A stretch of 64,000 bases of DNA from Octopus sinensis. Lineage: Eukaryota. Where the stretch lies: positions 22,630,001-22,694,000 of the forward strand of contig NC_043022.1 of the NCBI RefSeq assembly GCF_006345805.1, given 5' to 3'. This document shows positions 63,997-64,000 of this stretch, one piece after another. The notes under the pieces were generated by a model. That model had not been told where the DNA came from. It was given only the letters and a program-made list of their open reading frames with translations, and did not search any database. The first letter of the stretch is position 1. Each line of letters starts with the position of its first letter. A program made the position numbers and the translations under genes.

Positions 63997-64000
63997 CTTT

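Overview
Eukaryotic, AT-rich, repeat-dense genomic DNA. The SINE/RTE repertoire and microsatellite load point to a coleoid cephalopod, most likely Octopus (inference). Two spliced host genes converge. On the + strand is the C-terminal half of an MFS transporter (ZIFL1/DHA1-like; 6 phase-compatible exons, 19553-31762). On the - strand is the 3' end of an FHAD1-like coiled-coil gene (7 phase-compatible exons, 62353->39655). The rest is mostly tRNA-derived SINEs (at least 4 families), RTE, CR1/L2-like, Tx1-like and HERO-like LINE pieces, Helitron-like and TIR MITEs, mariner/Tc1 relics, microsatellites and one 100-N gap. The most notable unexplained structure is a set of about 9 minimal type-I hammerhead-ribozyme-like motifs from several Penelope-like repeat families. 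They share non-canonical cores (substituted position 4 or 6, an extra A after A9), have palindromic stem III, and several lie in inverted pairs. Also notable is a ~20-copy 117-bp tandem array built from one SINE's tRNA-like head, split by a young, GC-rich CR1-like LINE with an uninterrupted ORF. No true tRNA/rRNA gene or CRISPR array was found. All gene and family assignments come from reading the sequence and recalled family motifs; no database search was run. Repeat boundaries are approximate.
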